Positions 37,002 to 49,269 of a stretch of 64,000 bases of DNA are shown here, piece after piece. The notes under the pieces were generated by a model that was not told where the DNA came from, did no database searches, and saw only the letters and a list, made by a program, of their open reading frames with translations. Made by a program: the position numbers and the translations under genes. Origin of the DNA: Chara braunii (taxonomy: Eukaryota; Plantae; Charophyceae); contig BFEA01000016.1 of assembly GCA_003427395.1 (NCBI GenBank), forward strand, positions 1,829,311-1,893,310. Reading direction: 5' to 3'. Position 1 is the stretch's first letter. Every line of letters begins with the position of its first letter.

Positions 37002-40000
37002 TTTTTTTAATGTCAGAACCTCTCGGTTCTGGCTCCTGCCATTCTGGGGAGCGACAGTCCGGTTCCTATTCCCCCGGCAAGTCAAAACTGAGTACAACAA
37101 ACCCACACACGCTCCTCCCCATTCTGGTTGAGAGGTCCGAGTAGACGACATTGATTACTTCCCTAGGGAAGGATATACCACCCCTCACCCCTGCCTAAGT
37201 TAGCCTGCTTGACTTAAATTCTGACTGTTGAGAACCAGTCTGTACGGTAGACTTGTATACGATGGTTCAGCTAGCTCACTCCTCTCAGCTACACTGCTGT
37301 CTGATCTGACTTTAAGCGCTGGAGTTGATTGCCTACTTCGTGATCTGAATGATGTACTGGTGAAGGTGGTATCCACTATTTTTATACCATAACATCCCTG
37401 GTCCTTCAGAGTACATCGTCAATCCCATACCAATGCAGGTCTACTATTGCTAACTGATGGGGCGGGAAGGGATCCGGGAACTCAGTGGCTGGTCGCAGCG
37501 GGAACTCCTGTTCTACCACAGTCCAGTCTTTGAAACAAATACCGTAGTCTCTCCTAAACGCACCCTGCTGATCCCCCTGGGCAGGTCTACCTTCCCATCG
37601 GACGGAGGCAATCCAGCCCCCGCTCTCACTGCCCAACCAGTCTCTTGAGAATTGCTGGATTGATTGTGCTATGTCCTTGGCTGAGTGGAACAAGTCCAAT
37701 TGGTTCTTTATTCGTTGCCACTGCAGCATTAATTCTTGTTGAACATATTGCTTTATTGTGTCTAATACCTCTCCTTCCTCCATACGGGCGCCTTCAATGG
37801 CATATACATAGCGTCTCCTCCAGAGAGCCCACATGACAGCTCTCCGTCCTATTTTAAACACTGTTCTCGAAGGCGCTATTTGTGGGGGGGGACCAGGTTT
37901 CACACAGTATGGCTCTCCAATCCTAACGCCATTTTGATCCTGTGCCCAGGCGGGACCAAATTGTATCCCATCATCGCCATGTGAGGACAGCGCCTGGACA
38001 TTGCATGAATATATGCTCAATGGTTTCTGGGATTCTGCGGGAGGGGAAGACAGTGTGGCTCGATTTGCACCATGGCAATGCCTGCCCTCGCTGCTCCAGG
38101 CGGGTCCGATCAATCAACCAGTCATTGGTGGGTAAGCAACGATGTTCAATCTGCCATTGCAGTGAGGCCATCTTTGCTGGTCTGGCTCTGGTGGCAGTGA
38201 ACCAACGAATAGGACGGATCGGCGCAGCCCCTACATTCAGTTGGGATCTCCATCTCTCTCTTACCTTTTCCTTAATGTTTACTTTGGGGCGCAGCAGCCG
38301 GTACGCTGCCTTCACAGTGAGGTTTTGTAGTTTAATCTTCCCCCAGACTTTGCTTTGCCGTAATTGTGGCCACTGCCATTTCTCGGGGTCGAAGGGGAGA
38401 TCATCCATGGAGGTGTTTGGCTGGTATGCAGTCCATACTTCCTTATCCCGTAGCACTCGGACCCTTTGTAAATCCTCACTTTTTCTCCATCTCGCCACAT
38501 CCGGAGAGTATCGGGTAAGGACGTTATCTTTGCCTATGTGGAACAGATTAATCAGAATTTCATCCGACCGTACGACCACCACATTTCCTACACTTTTTGA
38601 GTCGTCTGGTACTGATACCCAGTCCCCTTCTTCCAGTCGTGGCCCTTTGCGCAAAATGCGCACCCAGTCCAGGGGAATCCCAAATATCAGCCTTTCTAGG
38701 TTTTCCTCAATATTATGGCAGTATTTAAGTGTCTCTCTCAGTTGTTGTATTGTTTTTCAATCCCTCGTCTCGGAGTTCCAAATATCTTTTATTCGTAAGA
38801 TACCTTTTTTTACCCAGCTACACCACGGGGTGGCCGAACTGCAATACACCCTGCTATATCGGTCGGTGATCCTCCTATTGCCAAACAGGGGCTGGCGCAT
38901 CACCTCCTCCCACCTCGAGGGAGGGGGGGTGTCTGGAAGAGGGAGTTGGCGCCAGGCTTTCAGGATCCTGGCCCAGAAGTCGTCCCGGACCAAATCCGTC
39001 CGGATCGTTCCTTTAGTCTGCTCGCCATTCCCTCGAGTGCTTCGTGGCACCATCCAATAACGGTCTTCCAGCCAGGTCAACGGATGGACGTGTTGTGGGG
39101 CTTGTGGGGCAAGTCTGGCCATCTGTTCTAGTCTCAGGGCTTGCCATGGAAGCTGCTGTACAAACAATAGCCTCTTAGCCCATTGAAGCATTATTGCCAT
39201 GACCTGAGTTTCTGGGTCGAGAATCCCGAGCCCCCCTTTAGTTTTGGGTTGGATCACCGAGGACCAGGCTACCCTGCTGATAACATTCGTAAGCTCAACA
39301 TTGCCTCGCCACAGCTGAGCCGTTACCTGACGCTTTAATGATCGGATGGTTGTCTTGCTAAGAGCCCAGATTGCAAATTTGTACCAAAGAGCTGCCAACA
39401 CCACACTGTTAATCGCCAGTACCCTACCAAAAAGGGAGGTGTGTTGCTCTTTCCAACTGGCTAGTTTTTCCAAGGCGGGTTTCAATATCCACTCATCATT
39501 CGATGCTGGCCGGCCTAGAGATGTTAGCATGATTCCGAGTACCCTAACCGGGGCCTCTTCGGGGAGCCACTTAACCCGTGGAAGATCCGGGGGGCGGGCT
39601 CCTTGATGGTGGATCCACCAATCCAAAGTTTTATTTCCCCAGTTGATAGTCATATCTGAGATTGCCGCAAATCGATCGAATAATCTTCGGATCTCCTCTA
39701 TGTTTGTTGTGGTAGCATCTACCATAATTGTCAGGTCATCTGCGAATAGCGAATAGATGGGGATAGCGTAGTCCAGGATGGCCGAAATCTGCAACTTCCG
39801 CAGATTTATGTTGGCACGGAGGTTTGCGGCCAGTGCCTCCATCACGATTATGAACAGGAAGGGTGCCAAAGGGTCACCCTGTCTGACTGACCGTTGGAGC
39901 GGAAAGGTCAGTGCCACGCTGTCATTGACCTGGACCCTCGTCGTGGCGTTATGATGTAAGATTTCAGTCCAGCGCCGAAAGGACGGTCCAATGTTCATTT

Positions 40001-42545
40001 TCTCCATGTAGCTATCCATAAATTGTCAATCTACATGATCATAGGCCTTTTCAAAATCAATGAAAACCACCGCCACATTCTGTTTGTCTTGTCGTGTGAG
40101 TTTGAGGAGCTCATTAACCAGCAGGACGTTGTCGTGGATCCTGCGCCCTTTGACGAATCCAGTCTGTGTAGGGTGAATCAGGCGATTCGCGAGGGCTTTC
40201 GCGAGCATCTTGTACACCACCGTCAACAAAGTTATTGGTCTATAGTTCCTAATGTCCATTTTGTCTCCCTTTTTGAACAGGAGGGTGAGGACGCTCTGTC
40301 CCACTAGCTCGCCCATCTGCCCTGTCTCCCACACCTGATTATAGAAGTCGATGAGGTCTGAGGCCATATGGGTCCAGAGGGTCTCCCAAAACTCTTTAGG
40401 GAATCCGTCTATTCCCGGCGTCTTCTCTTCCTCCATCTGCATCATTGCCGTCCAGATTTCCTCCTTGGACAAGGGGCGATCCAGGTCCGTTTTTTGTTGG
40501 TCTGTCAGGGTCTTTTCGAGGGGCCTCAGGAATTCTTCGATTTCTTTCTCCCTGGTCTCTTTCTCCCTTCGTGTGCAGCGGGAAGTGAAGAGATCGTTAA
40601 AGAAGGATCTTGCTATCTGCACACATTGGGGGGTGGAGGTGACGATATCCTGTTGACCGGTTTGCGGATCATAAAGTGTTTGTATGGTGGATCTGTGTAC
40701 ACATACTCGGGCCATGCTAAAGAACCTTTTGTCCATGGTTCCCTCTGTTTGGTATCGTGCTAGTCGCCCCCGAATGCGTGCACCCTCCCATCGTTGTGCG
40801 GCAAACTTCTGCAGTTGTTCTTTCAAGGACTGTATATTTGGATCCCTTTGTCGAGTCTGGTGAGGTTCGTGTGAGTTGTGTTGATGTGTCTGCAGAATTT
40901 CATGTGGATTATGCGGGTCGTGGGTCTGGTTAACAAATTAATTTTTTTGTGTGGTCCGGAATTTTCTTTAATTCGTTTAATCCATCTGCGCTGTTGATTT
41001 TCAAGTTACTGCAGCCGTTGGTGAATCTCCATCTCTTGCTGGTATCTCTTGGTTGCTAACAATTTAGAGTATTCCTGACATTTCCTACCCAGATAGAATA
41101 AACGATTATTAAACCAGTCAATTTCATTCTGAATATGTGGTTTTTGTGTATGCCAATACGTCCAACAGTCTGTGATATATCTCTGAAAAGTTTGTTGTTG
41201 AAGGATGGAAGTATTAAGTTTTTAGAATCCAGGGCCGTGATCTGGTTTCTTATGGAAAGAGAAAACAGCTGTACACATTTTGTGATCCAGTCCCGGGTAG
41301 GTGCTGGCTGGTAAGATTGCTGCAAGGAGCAGCGAGCCTTCCAGATCTTCTGAGGTCAATATTAAGTCAATCCTAGATCTCGTCTGGTGCTCCGTACCAG
41401 TTTTACGCAGACATTAGTAATATCGTGTGTCTGGGTTAAGTCTTCGAAAGGTGTCGAATACCTTTAGGGACAGACAAAGTTCGCTGATCATTCGCTCATC
41501 CTCCTCTACATACCATGGAGCAGGGGAGGGTGTTCGCCATCTATCCTTCCATCGATCTGGGGCTGCATTGCAATCCCCTGCAATAATGATCGGGACCCCG
41601 TTTGGGATGTGCTGTTTAATATTTTCAAAAAAAAAATTCCTTTCATTCACAGCATTGGGGGCGTAGATGCATAGTATGCACACAATTTCCAATTCCAGGG
41701 TAACCAAAATTGACACCCAGCGGCCTTCCTCCTGATCCATTGCCCAGTACACCGGATCAGCCCGGGATCCAGGGGGGATCCAAATAGCCACCCCTGCGCT
41801 CCCTGGTTTTGGGGCATGTGCCCTGAAGGCCTTATATGGCCAGACTAATTTATGTATGCGGTTATGCTCCGGAGTGTCCATCAAGTGCGTTTCTTGGACA
41901 CATACGATGTCTGGCCAATCTCTGCCCCCCACCCCTCTCATCAGGTCCCAAATTGCGTTGTGTTTTTCCGGTTTGCTCGAGGCGAGACCATTGACATTCA
42001 ATGATCGCAGGTCCAGGTCCGCCGCCCTCTTGAATTGGTTCCAGATGCGGTCTTTCCCATATACTGCTTTAACAGGGTCCATTTAGTTGTCTTGCTGTTA
42101 TCCCCTGGTCCAAAAGTGCTCACAACCTAGTCCATGACAACTGTTCCCATTCCCAATCTGTGGCTCCCGCCGGCATCCTGAGAAGCGCACACAGGCTTTT
42201 TTGGACGTCGCACTCGGACCATATGTTGCTATGCTTAATCCTGACCGTCTGCAGGTTTAGCAATTGACTGTAAGTGTACCATCTCAGCCTGGCGGGATCG
42301 AAGCGTATGTATATGTCTCTCTGTGCAATCTTGGCGGGGCCTGTCACAATCGAGGCCAGGGCTTGAGCCCCGGGCGGTAAGGATTCTGCAATGCAGGATT
42401 CCAGCTGCATTTGCAGAATCCCTGCCGCTGCCTCCGTGGTGCAGTTTTGTGGGCTAGCCCAGAACGATGACCAACCTTGTAGCGTGACGTCTCCCTGATG
42501 ACACACGGCACCCACAGCGTTGTTGATCACCTTCCGCTCAGTACC
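37002..42545 (-). mobile_element. L1/Tx1-type LINE, 5'-truncated, inactivated
   Basis: The ORF1 C-terminal remnant (42120-~42540) precedes ORF2. A ~400-nt 3'UTR and A-tail start lie next to the gap at 37002. Confidence 0.9.
37406..42082 (-). pseudogene. LINE ORF2: AP endonuclease, RT and C-terminal zinc-finger-like region, frameshifted
   Basis: SLNVNGL, DIVCVQETH, IYAPN, IIAGDCN (EN); KTPGIDG, NYRPITLL, DFEKAYD, VRQGDPLAPFLF, LFADD (RT); PWC...ETIEHIFMQCP. Split over at least six ORFs. Confidence 0.93.
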
Positions 42546-42689
42546 CACAACGTTCTCCTCCTCTCCCCTGTTCTGTCTCTCCGCACGGTACCCACAGCGT
42601 CGTTCATCACCCTTCACACGCAATGACTTCGTTAGCACGACCCTCACCACGGACCCTTAAAGATGCGCGCCCAAATCTTTCCATGTTGA

Positions 42690-43201
42690 TGGACTGATCG
42701 ATCGAGTGTTTGATTGCTTGATTCATTGAGCGATTGATTGTTTGATTGTTCCGTTGATTGGTTGATTGGTTGATTGGTTGATTGGTTGATTGGTTGATTG
42801 GTTGATTGGTCGATTGGTTGATTGGTTGATTGGTTGATTGATTGCTTGATTGGTTGGTTGAGCGGTTGATCGATCGATTTGATTGTTCTGTTGATTGGTT
42901 GATTGGTTGATTGATTGCTTGATTGGTTGGTTGAGCGGTTGATCGATCGATTGATTGCTCGATCGTCGATTGATTATATGTTTGGTCGCTTGACGGAGTG
43001 AGTGATCCATCACTCGGTCGATCTGTCGGCTGGGCGATCGTCCAACTGATTGATTGGTCGTTTGGTTGGTTGATCGATTGCCCTATTGAAGGAGTGATTG
43101 TTCGATCGATTGGAAAGTGGAAAAACCGGCACCCAACACATGCGCGCGCACAAACAACTTGAAACAAATGCGCGGACACACACACACACACACACACACG
43201 A

Positions 43202-43232
<31 letters not shown>

Positions 43233-43488
43233 TGGTCGCGAATATTCCTGTATTCCAAGGGACGAATCGATTGATCCGAGGGGAAGGGATTGCCACATTT
43301 CGTCATCGATTGATTGTTTTTTGCTCGACTGACCGATTGGCTGTTTTGTTCCCTCGGCTTTCCCATTTTCTTGATTGTTCTAGTGTTTGACTGATTGACT
43401 GGTAGATCGGCGGGGCAGGGGTCGCCCCACACCACCCGCCACCTCCCTTGCGCCCGCGTGCACACAGAAACGCACAAACGCACACACA

Positions 43489-43536
<48 letters not shown>

Positions 43537-43718
43537 CGTGCACACATGTGCAGTAGCGAATTTCTCGACGCTCCTCGGGAAGGGTACATCGATTGGGAGG
43601 CGTCGCCCCACACCGTCATCGATTGCTCGATCATTCGTTAGTCAACAGATCGATTGTTCCAATCATTGATTTTCTCTTTGTCTGTTTTGTCGATTGATTG
43701 ATTGATTGATCGATTGAA

Positions 43719-43749
<31 letters not shown>

Positions 43750-43866
43750 CTGATTGTTCGGTGGGATGGGGATCGCCCACCCCGCAGCCATCCAGCACCC
43801 GCCCGCCCTCACACACACACGCACACACGCAAACACACACACGTGAACACACAAACACACACATCA

Positions 43867-43907
<41 letters not shown>

Positions 43908-44063
43908 AACGCACATGCGAAGTAGTGAATATTCCGACTTTCCAGCGGAAGCTTTGGTCGATTCTGCCCATTTCTCGGATGGAAGTCGTGAGAGCCCAAA
44001 CGTGGCCTTGGAGAGTAACCTATTGCCCGATGTGACTGGATCGACACACTCTCTCTCTCTTCT

Positions 44064-44150
<87 letters not shown>

Positions 44151-44170
44151 CTCCGGCGCACACGCACACA
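42690..44170. repeat. Compound low-complexity block: (GATT)n/(GATTGGTT)n, (CA)n, (CT)n
   Basis: Directly visible. A similar block occurs at 61600-63240. Confidence 0.85.
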
Positions 44171-44597
44171 CACACACCCACGCATCACTTTGACAGCGGT
44201 CGCAGGTTATCCCTTGTGCGAGGTAAGGAACGGGAGGAGTGCCTGGCTGCCGAAAGCGCTCATCGGAATCATGAGTGGTTTTTCAACAAAACCATCCATG
44301 ACTTCGACGGACTGTCTCGTCAATCGAACAAGCGGAAAAAACTAATCAATCTGCCAGAATTGCGAGCACATACAACCCGCATTCACGTGGCTTGCGTGAA
44401 CCCTCCCTGGCAGGCCACTGCCGTGTTCACGGAATCCCGGGAGTTGCGGACAGGCACTCGATCTGTAGACAGGATTCCCNCGACTTGTGACGACGCAGCC
44501 CGACGACGACCGACATGGCGTCATTTGNCTGCNACAAACNCGNNGCNGGTGNGGAACGAGACAGCACAACATGAAACGGCNCANCACCCGACACAAT

Positions 44598-45200
44598 CTC
44601 GACGGCTGCATGGCTGAAGTCCGCCNGCATCCGGACTTCATCCCGGCAGCGTGGAACACAGGGCACCTGTATGACAGCATCCAAGTCCTGAAGGCGGCGC
44701 CGCCGAACGCACTCACCCCCGAGGGCTTCAACCCGCATAGAGTACTGCTTTGTTTTTTTCTCGCAGTGCCGCAGTGACAAGTCCGGATGCCAGCGGACTT
44801 CGACGGCTGCATGGCTGAAGTTCGCCGGCATCCGGACTTCATCCCGGCAGCATGGAACACAGGGCACCTATATGACAGCATCCAAGTCCTGAAGGCGGCG
44901 CGGCCGAACGCAATCACCCCTGAGGGCTTCAGGCCGCATAGAGTGCTGCTTTGTTTTTTCTCGCAGTGCCGCAGTGACTAGTCCGGATGCCCGCGGACTT
45001 CGACGACTGCATGGCTGAAGTCCGCCGGCATCTGGACTTCATCCCGGCAGCATGGAACACAGGGCAGCTGTATGACAGCATCCAAGTCCTGAAGGCAGCG
45101 CCGCCGAACGCACTCACCCCTGAGGGCTTCAAGCCACATAGAGTGTTGCTTTGTTTTTTCTCGCATTGCCGCAGTGACAAGTCCGGATACCGGCGGACTT
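44598..45200. repeat. 200-bp GC-rich tandem repeat x3 with a ~24-bp stem hairpin at unit junctions
   Basis: Units start at ~44600, 44801 and 45001. aagtccggatgccagcggacttc pairs with gaagttcgccggcatccggactt. Confidence 0.92.
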
Positions 45201-48085
45201 TGATGCACAACACGAATCGTCCCCCAGCAGTCGCTTGCGCTAGTTTGGTTTATCTGCTTGTTTTTACCTTCTTCTTTTTCCATTTTTGCTTCTAATATCC
45301 TTTTCCTGGTTTTGTCCCTTATGTGCCCGTGCGTTGAGGCATGATGTGAATGACTGATTGGCTGGCACGGGGTGTGTGTTGCTCATCATAGGGTTCTTGG
45401 TCGTTGATGCTATGGGCACTATATACACTCTTCGCATAATGGTGGGTCGATTGCTACGTGGACATGCTGCCTCTGTCTTGTGATGTCGCTATGCAAATTT
45501 CCTAAATGAAGGCGTTNGTGTTCTCGCGTGTCTTGCCATCCCTCAATGACGTCCGGATTCCTGGCACGCATGATGGTGGGCATGACGCTGCGCGCTATGT
45601 AGCACCCATAAGAGCACTGCCAGGAAGCTTAATCTGCCCGACCTCGTTCAGGGCAGGCGCACTATGTGCCACCCTTGACAGCACTCGCTGCTCTTATGGG
45701 TGCCAGGGTTGGAAGGGTCATTTCCACTGGCTAGAGACGCGAGAGTCATCTCCTGTCCTGCTCGGGCACTGCCACCAGGGACTGCGATATTCCGACAATC
45801 TAATAAAATAAGGACTCGACGAGACTAGAAACACCTGGTTGTGCGGCTTTGGCCACGGCCTGTCCTGCACGGCAGTGGTGCCTGGTGGCAGGCTCCCGCT
45901 TGTCGTGGCCAATCAGGCATAAACTGGAGGCCGCCTGCCACACGCCACCCATTGAGTGTGGATGTAAGCACAATTCCCTGTCGTCATAAACTCTATGTTC
46001 AACAAGTATGGATGTACACTTCCCTGCTATCCGAGTTTCGCATCCAAGATAGACCGTTTGCACAGTACGCGAATTGAATGAAATAAACTTGAAGTGTATC
46101 ATACTGGGGACGTGTGCTGACGGTGTGTACAATTCTCCAATCACATTTGGTTCTGAATCGGGTTCAACAAGTATGGATGTCATAAACTTCAGGCTAAACA
46201 AGTATGGATGTCAGCACAAAAGTGTGTAGGCCTGTCTACGAGTACACTTTTAAATAACTCCACATCTCATTAAACATCCAAAAGAATGTCTCGACGGAGA
46301 GGATGGGTATGCCTACATTGATTACGCCTTAGAACGGGGGCATTAAATGTTTGCCCGGATCCTGACTTCAACATCTGGGGTGAGTGGATGGGCAAGCCTG
46401 AAATTGCACCTCGAAATAAAGTTCGGATCCCGACAAACATCCAACAACATGTCTGAGGGGAGATAATGGGCATGGGTACATTGAGTCAACTGAAGCCGAA
46501 AGTGGATTCGTTCAAAACATGACAAATATAATGTCCAGTTTTAACGAATAACATGTTTATTATTATTATTATCATCATCATAATTACTACTGTTGATATT
46601 GATTTTCGGTAGACTGTGACTCCAGCCAAGCACGTATCCACCCTAAGTGAAGGCAGGGTTGAACATCCGCTAAGGGCACTTGCCCCAACATTCCAGTAAG
46701 GGTCTCAGATAGTTGCTGCAAACTAGTTGATTGAAGTGCAATCTGGGCCTTGCTTTATGCCTTGGGGCATGCGTAGCATGGGGACGACACATTACGAAGT
46801 GGTTGCGGACTACTAGGAACGCAACGTTGACGCCACACACGTGCGCAGGAATGAGGTGGCGTGAGCCGCAGCCGGACAGCAGGGCGCCTATGGCCAGGCC
46901 AAAGCGTGTGCAACATCAAGCGGGAATGCAAATGCATGTGTATATGTGCAAGCACTTAAGTAAAAGAGGCGGATCCTAGTTGGATGGGAGTGTGTTGTGT
47001 GTATATACAAACAACTTATTGGTGTGTAGCGAATGGGGAGATACCCTGTTAAGAGCGGCATGTCACAACCACTGTCAAAAGAAAGTTGAATCTGGCTATA
47101 TTCCTGGTCAGGTTCAAAATGTCGTTACTTCAGTCATTTCGATATTTACTAAATGTTCTGTTATTATTATTAATATGATTATTAATAATTATTTTGTGCC
47201 GTTATTTGGATTATCATCACTTAGCCTCATATAGGGCCAAAATAAAGATAAAGCATGGCGCATGGAAAGGGAGGTGACGCTATCCTTCGCGATAGGTACC
47301 AGCCTCCTTCATCCTTCTCCGTACTTGTCTTTGTTTGGTCCTCTCGAATGCCTGCCTCCTCGGCTTAATTGTTTGATGACATGATTCCCGTTGAGTTAAC
47401 CCTGACCTCAACTAACCCTAAGAGCCAGCAATCGATTGCATGAGTTGTATATGATCAATGACAGGGCGATTGCGGGAGCTCTGCCGAAGTTCAGGCGGAA
47501 CTCTGGAGGCAGGGAACAGTGAGGTATATGTGCATCAACATAAACCCTAAACCTATAACCTCAGGGGACTGCCTATGATAACACTGAAGGAGTGAATACT
47601 TTGAGTCCGGGATCCTTCAGGGTTAAACCCGGGGACAGGAAGGCAAACAATAATGCTTGGGTTAGGGAAGGGAAGTATGATTTGTCTGAGGTGTGTCTAA
47701 CTGATGTTGGTAAACGCAGTGAGAACAAGAAGTGTTGAGCTGATTGTCTCACTACGTGAATGTTTCTTTTGAGATGTGATGGACAGGGAGAGCGGTGTAC
47801 TTCTGACAGTATTCCCTCGCTTATAGGTCACCTGACCAAGAGAGTAAGAGTTGGGGGATCATGAGTGTTGTCAAGCTGTGAGTGATAAAACCTTCTGGTA
47901 TTATGAGTTGCCTCAACCGACCTTAACCTGATGACTAACCCATATTTATGTACTAAAAAGATTCAGACTAACTCAGCTTAGGATCAGTCAGATGGATTTA
48001 AGACACAAGGTGCAAGTCTCGTGTGATCCACCTACGTGATCCTAAAGGCTTTCCGGATGGTTTAGGTGCTCGAACGGGCGTCAAT

Positions 48086-49269
48086 CTATATCTATATACG
48101 TACTAGGCGATCGAGAGGAGCGGGGCTCTAGGAAGCCTGCCTCATCGCCATATCTATATATATATATATATATACTAGGCGATCGAGAGGAGCGAGGCTC
48201 TATGAAGCCTGCCTCATCGCCACATATCTATCTATATGTATACTATGCGATCGAGAGGAGCGAGANNNNNNNNNNNNNNNNNNNNNNNNNNNNNNNNNNN
48301 NNNNNNNNNNNNNNNNNNNNNNNNNNNNNNNNNNNNNNNNNNNNNNNNNNNNNNNNNNNNNNNNNNNNNNNNNNNNNNNNNNNNNNNNNNNNNNNNNNNN
48401 NNNNNNNNNNNNNNNNNNNNNNNNNNNNNNNNNNNNNNNNNNNNNNNNNNNNNNNNNNNNNNNNNNNNNNNNNNNNNNNNNNNNNNNNNNNNNNNNNNNN
48501 NNNNNNNNNNNNNNNNNNNNNNNNNNNNNNNNNNNNNNNNNNNNNNNNNNNNNNNNNNNNNNNNNNNNNNNNNNNNNNNNNNNNNNNNNNNNNNNNNNNN
48601 NNNNNNNNNNNNNNNNNNNNNNNNNNNNNNNNNNNNNNNNNNNNNNNNNNNNNNNNNNNNNNNNNNNNNNNNNNNNNNNNNNNNNNNNNNNNNNNNNNNN
48701 NNNNNNNNNNNNNNNNNNNNNNNNNNNNNNNNNNNNNNNNNNNNNNNNNNNNNNNNNNNNNNNNNNNNNNNNNNNNNNNNNNNNNNNNNNNNNNNNNNNN
48801 NNNNNNNNNNNNNNNNNNNNNNNNNNNNNNNNNNNNNNNNNNNNNNNNNNNNNNNNNNNNNNNNNNNNNNNNNNNNNNNNNNNNNNNNNNNNNNNNNNNN
48901 NNNNNNNNNNNNNNNNNNNNNNNNNNNNNNNNNNNNNNNNNNNNNNNNNNNNNNNNNNNNNNNNNNNNNNNNNNNNNNNNNNNNNNNNNNNNNNNNNNNN
49001 NNNNNNNNNNNNNNNNNNNNNNNNNNNNNNNNNNNNNNNNNNNNNNNNNNNNNNNNNNNNNNNNNNNNNNNNNNNNNNNNNNNNNNNNNNNNNNNNNNNN
49101 NNNNNNNNNNNNNNNNNNNNNNNNNNNNNNNNNNNNNNNNNNNNNNNNNNNNNNNNNNNNNNNNNNNNNNNNNNNTCTAAGAAGCCTGCCTCATCGCCAT
49201 ATCTATATCTATATGTATATTAGGCGATCGAAAGGAGCGAGGCTCTAAGAAGCCTGCCTCATCGCCATA
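48086..49269. repeat. ~68-71-bp tandem repeat spanning an assembly gap
   Basis: tactaggcgatcgagaggagcgaggctctaagaagcctgcctcatcgcca(TA-rich) is present on both sides of the N gap. Confidence 0.9.

Noticed and set aside
44685-44712. CTGAA-GGCGG-CG-CCGCC-GAAC as a minimal hammerhead in the 200-bp repeat
   Set aside because: The core lacks the conserved GA and GAAA, and there are no stems I or III.
48086-49269. CRISPR-like appearance (also 29128-29372)
   Set aside because: No unique spacers, no cas genes, eukaryotic context.
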